A stretch of DNA of 48,512 nt, from the NCBI RefSeq assembly GCF_001194135.2, contig NC_068982.1:165937878-165986389 (forward strand), in the 5' to 3' direction. Of the stretch, positions 47,936-48,512 are shown in pieces (position 1 is the stretch's first letter; every line of letters begins with the position of its first letter). The notes below the pieces were generated by a model that searched no databases, was not told the DNA's origin, and saw nothing but the letters and a program-made list of their open reading frames with translations. This stretch comes from Octopus bimaculoides (lineage: Eukaryota). Made by a program: the position numbers and the translations under genes.

Positions 47936-48423
47936 GACGATCAGCTGCTATTCATCAGTTATGTAGATTCATGAAGGTTCATTTCCAGAGAGCACGATGT
48001 AACACTGCCCTGGTGATACAAATACGCGACGTTTCAGTAAGCCACGTTGACCTGCTATCCAATTAAATCACTGAAGTTCAAAGATATTGTTGGTGACTTC
48101 TTCATGTTAATAAAATGCCGCAACTCTGGATCTTTACGATAAGATCGTATTGTATTCTATATTAATTAAATAACTTCCAGTGTGTTGCTATAGAAAAATA
48201 CCTATTTGACAGCAACAGTAAAAAGTTCAGCATGCTATTGATATCTTCACTGATGACGTTTGGTAAATATTTACGAAAGAGAATGACATACTTTCGAGAA
48301 TTGTTGAAGAGCTTATCAAATGACATAAACACATAATAAACACGATACTTTGATAAAACAGCAGACTCTATACATACCCAAACACGCGCGCACACACATA
48401 CACACATATACATAGGTAGTACA

Positions 48424-48472
<49 letters not shown>

Positions 48473-48512
48473 ATATAATATATATGTATATATGTATGTA
48501 TGTATATATATA

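Overview
This is AT-rich, microsatellite-saturated eukaryotic DNA from a gapped short-read assembly; most N-runs sit inside (TA)n/(TG)n arrays. The repeat families look like those of an octopus/coleoid cephalopod. That assignment is inferred from remembered repeat consensus motifs, not from a search. No host protein-coding gene can be called with confidence, and there is no rRNA, tRNA gene or CRISPR array. Nearly all long ORFs in the track are microsatellite or N-gap artefacts. Real content: three CR1/L2-type LINE remnants (1-295, 18180-18500, 36990-38522); R4/Dong-type RLE-LINE remnants (8770-9390, 32800-33480, 42416-42607, possibly 42242-42327); two inverted copies of one mariner (18646-19511, 26895-28176); a decayed Tc1 (33562-34755); a hAT-type MITE; and about 20 tRNA-headed SINE copies or fragments from at least three families. 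The most interesting signals are (i) a 3' stem-loop shared, with compensatory changes, by the CR1-like LINEs and one SINE family; (ii) SINE tail swapping linked to (AAT/ATT)n landing pads also used by R4/Dong elements; (iii) a decayed minimal hammerhead ribozyme in a Penelope-like terminus; (iv) two near-perfect fold-back hairpins and several inverted repeat pairs; (v) one orphan candidate exon (20962-21038) between the inverted mariners. I found no convincing evidence of a wholly new protein-coding system. The novelty here, if any, lies in retroposon and RNA-structure biology.
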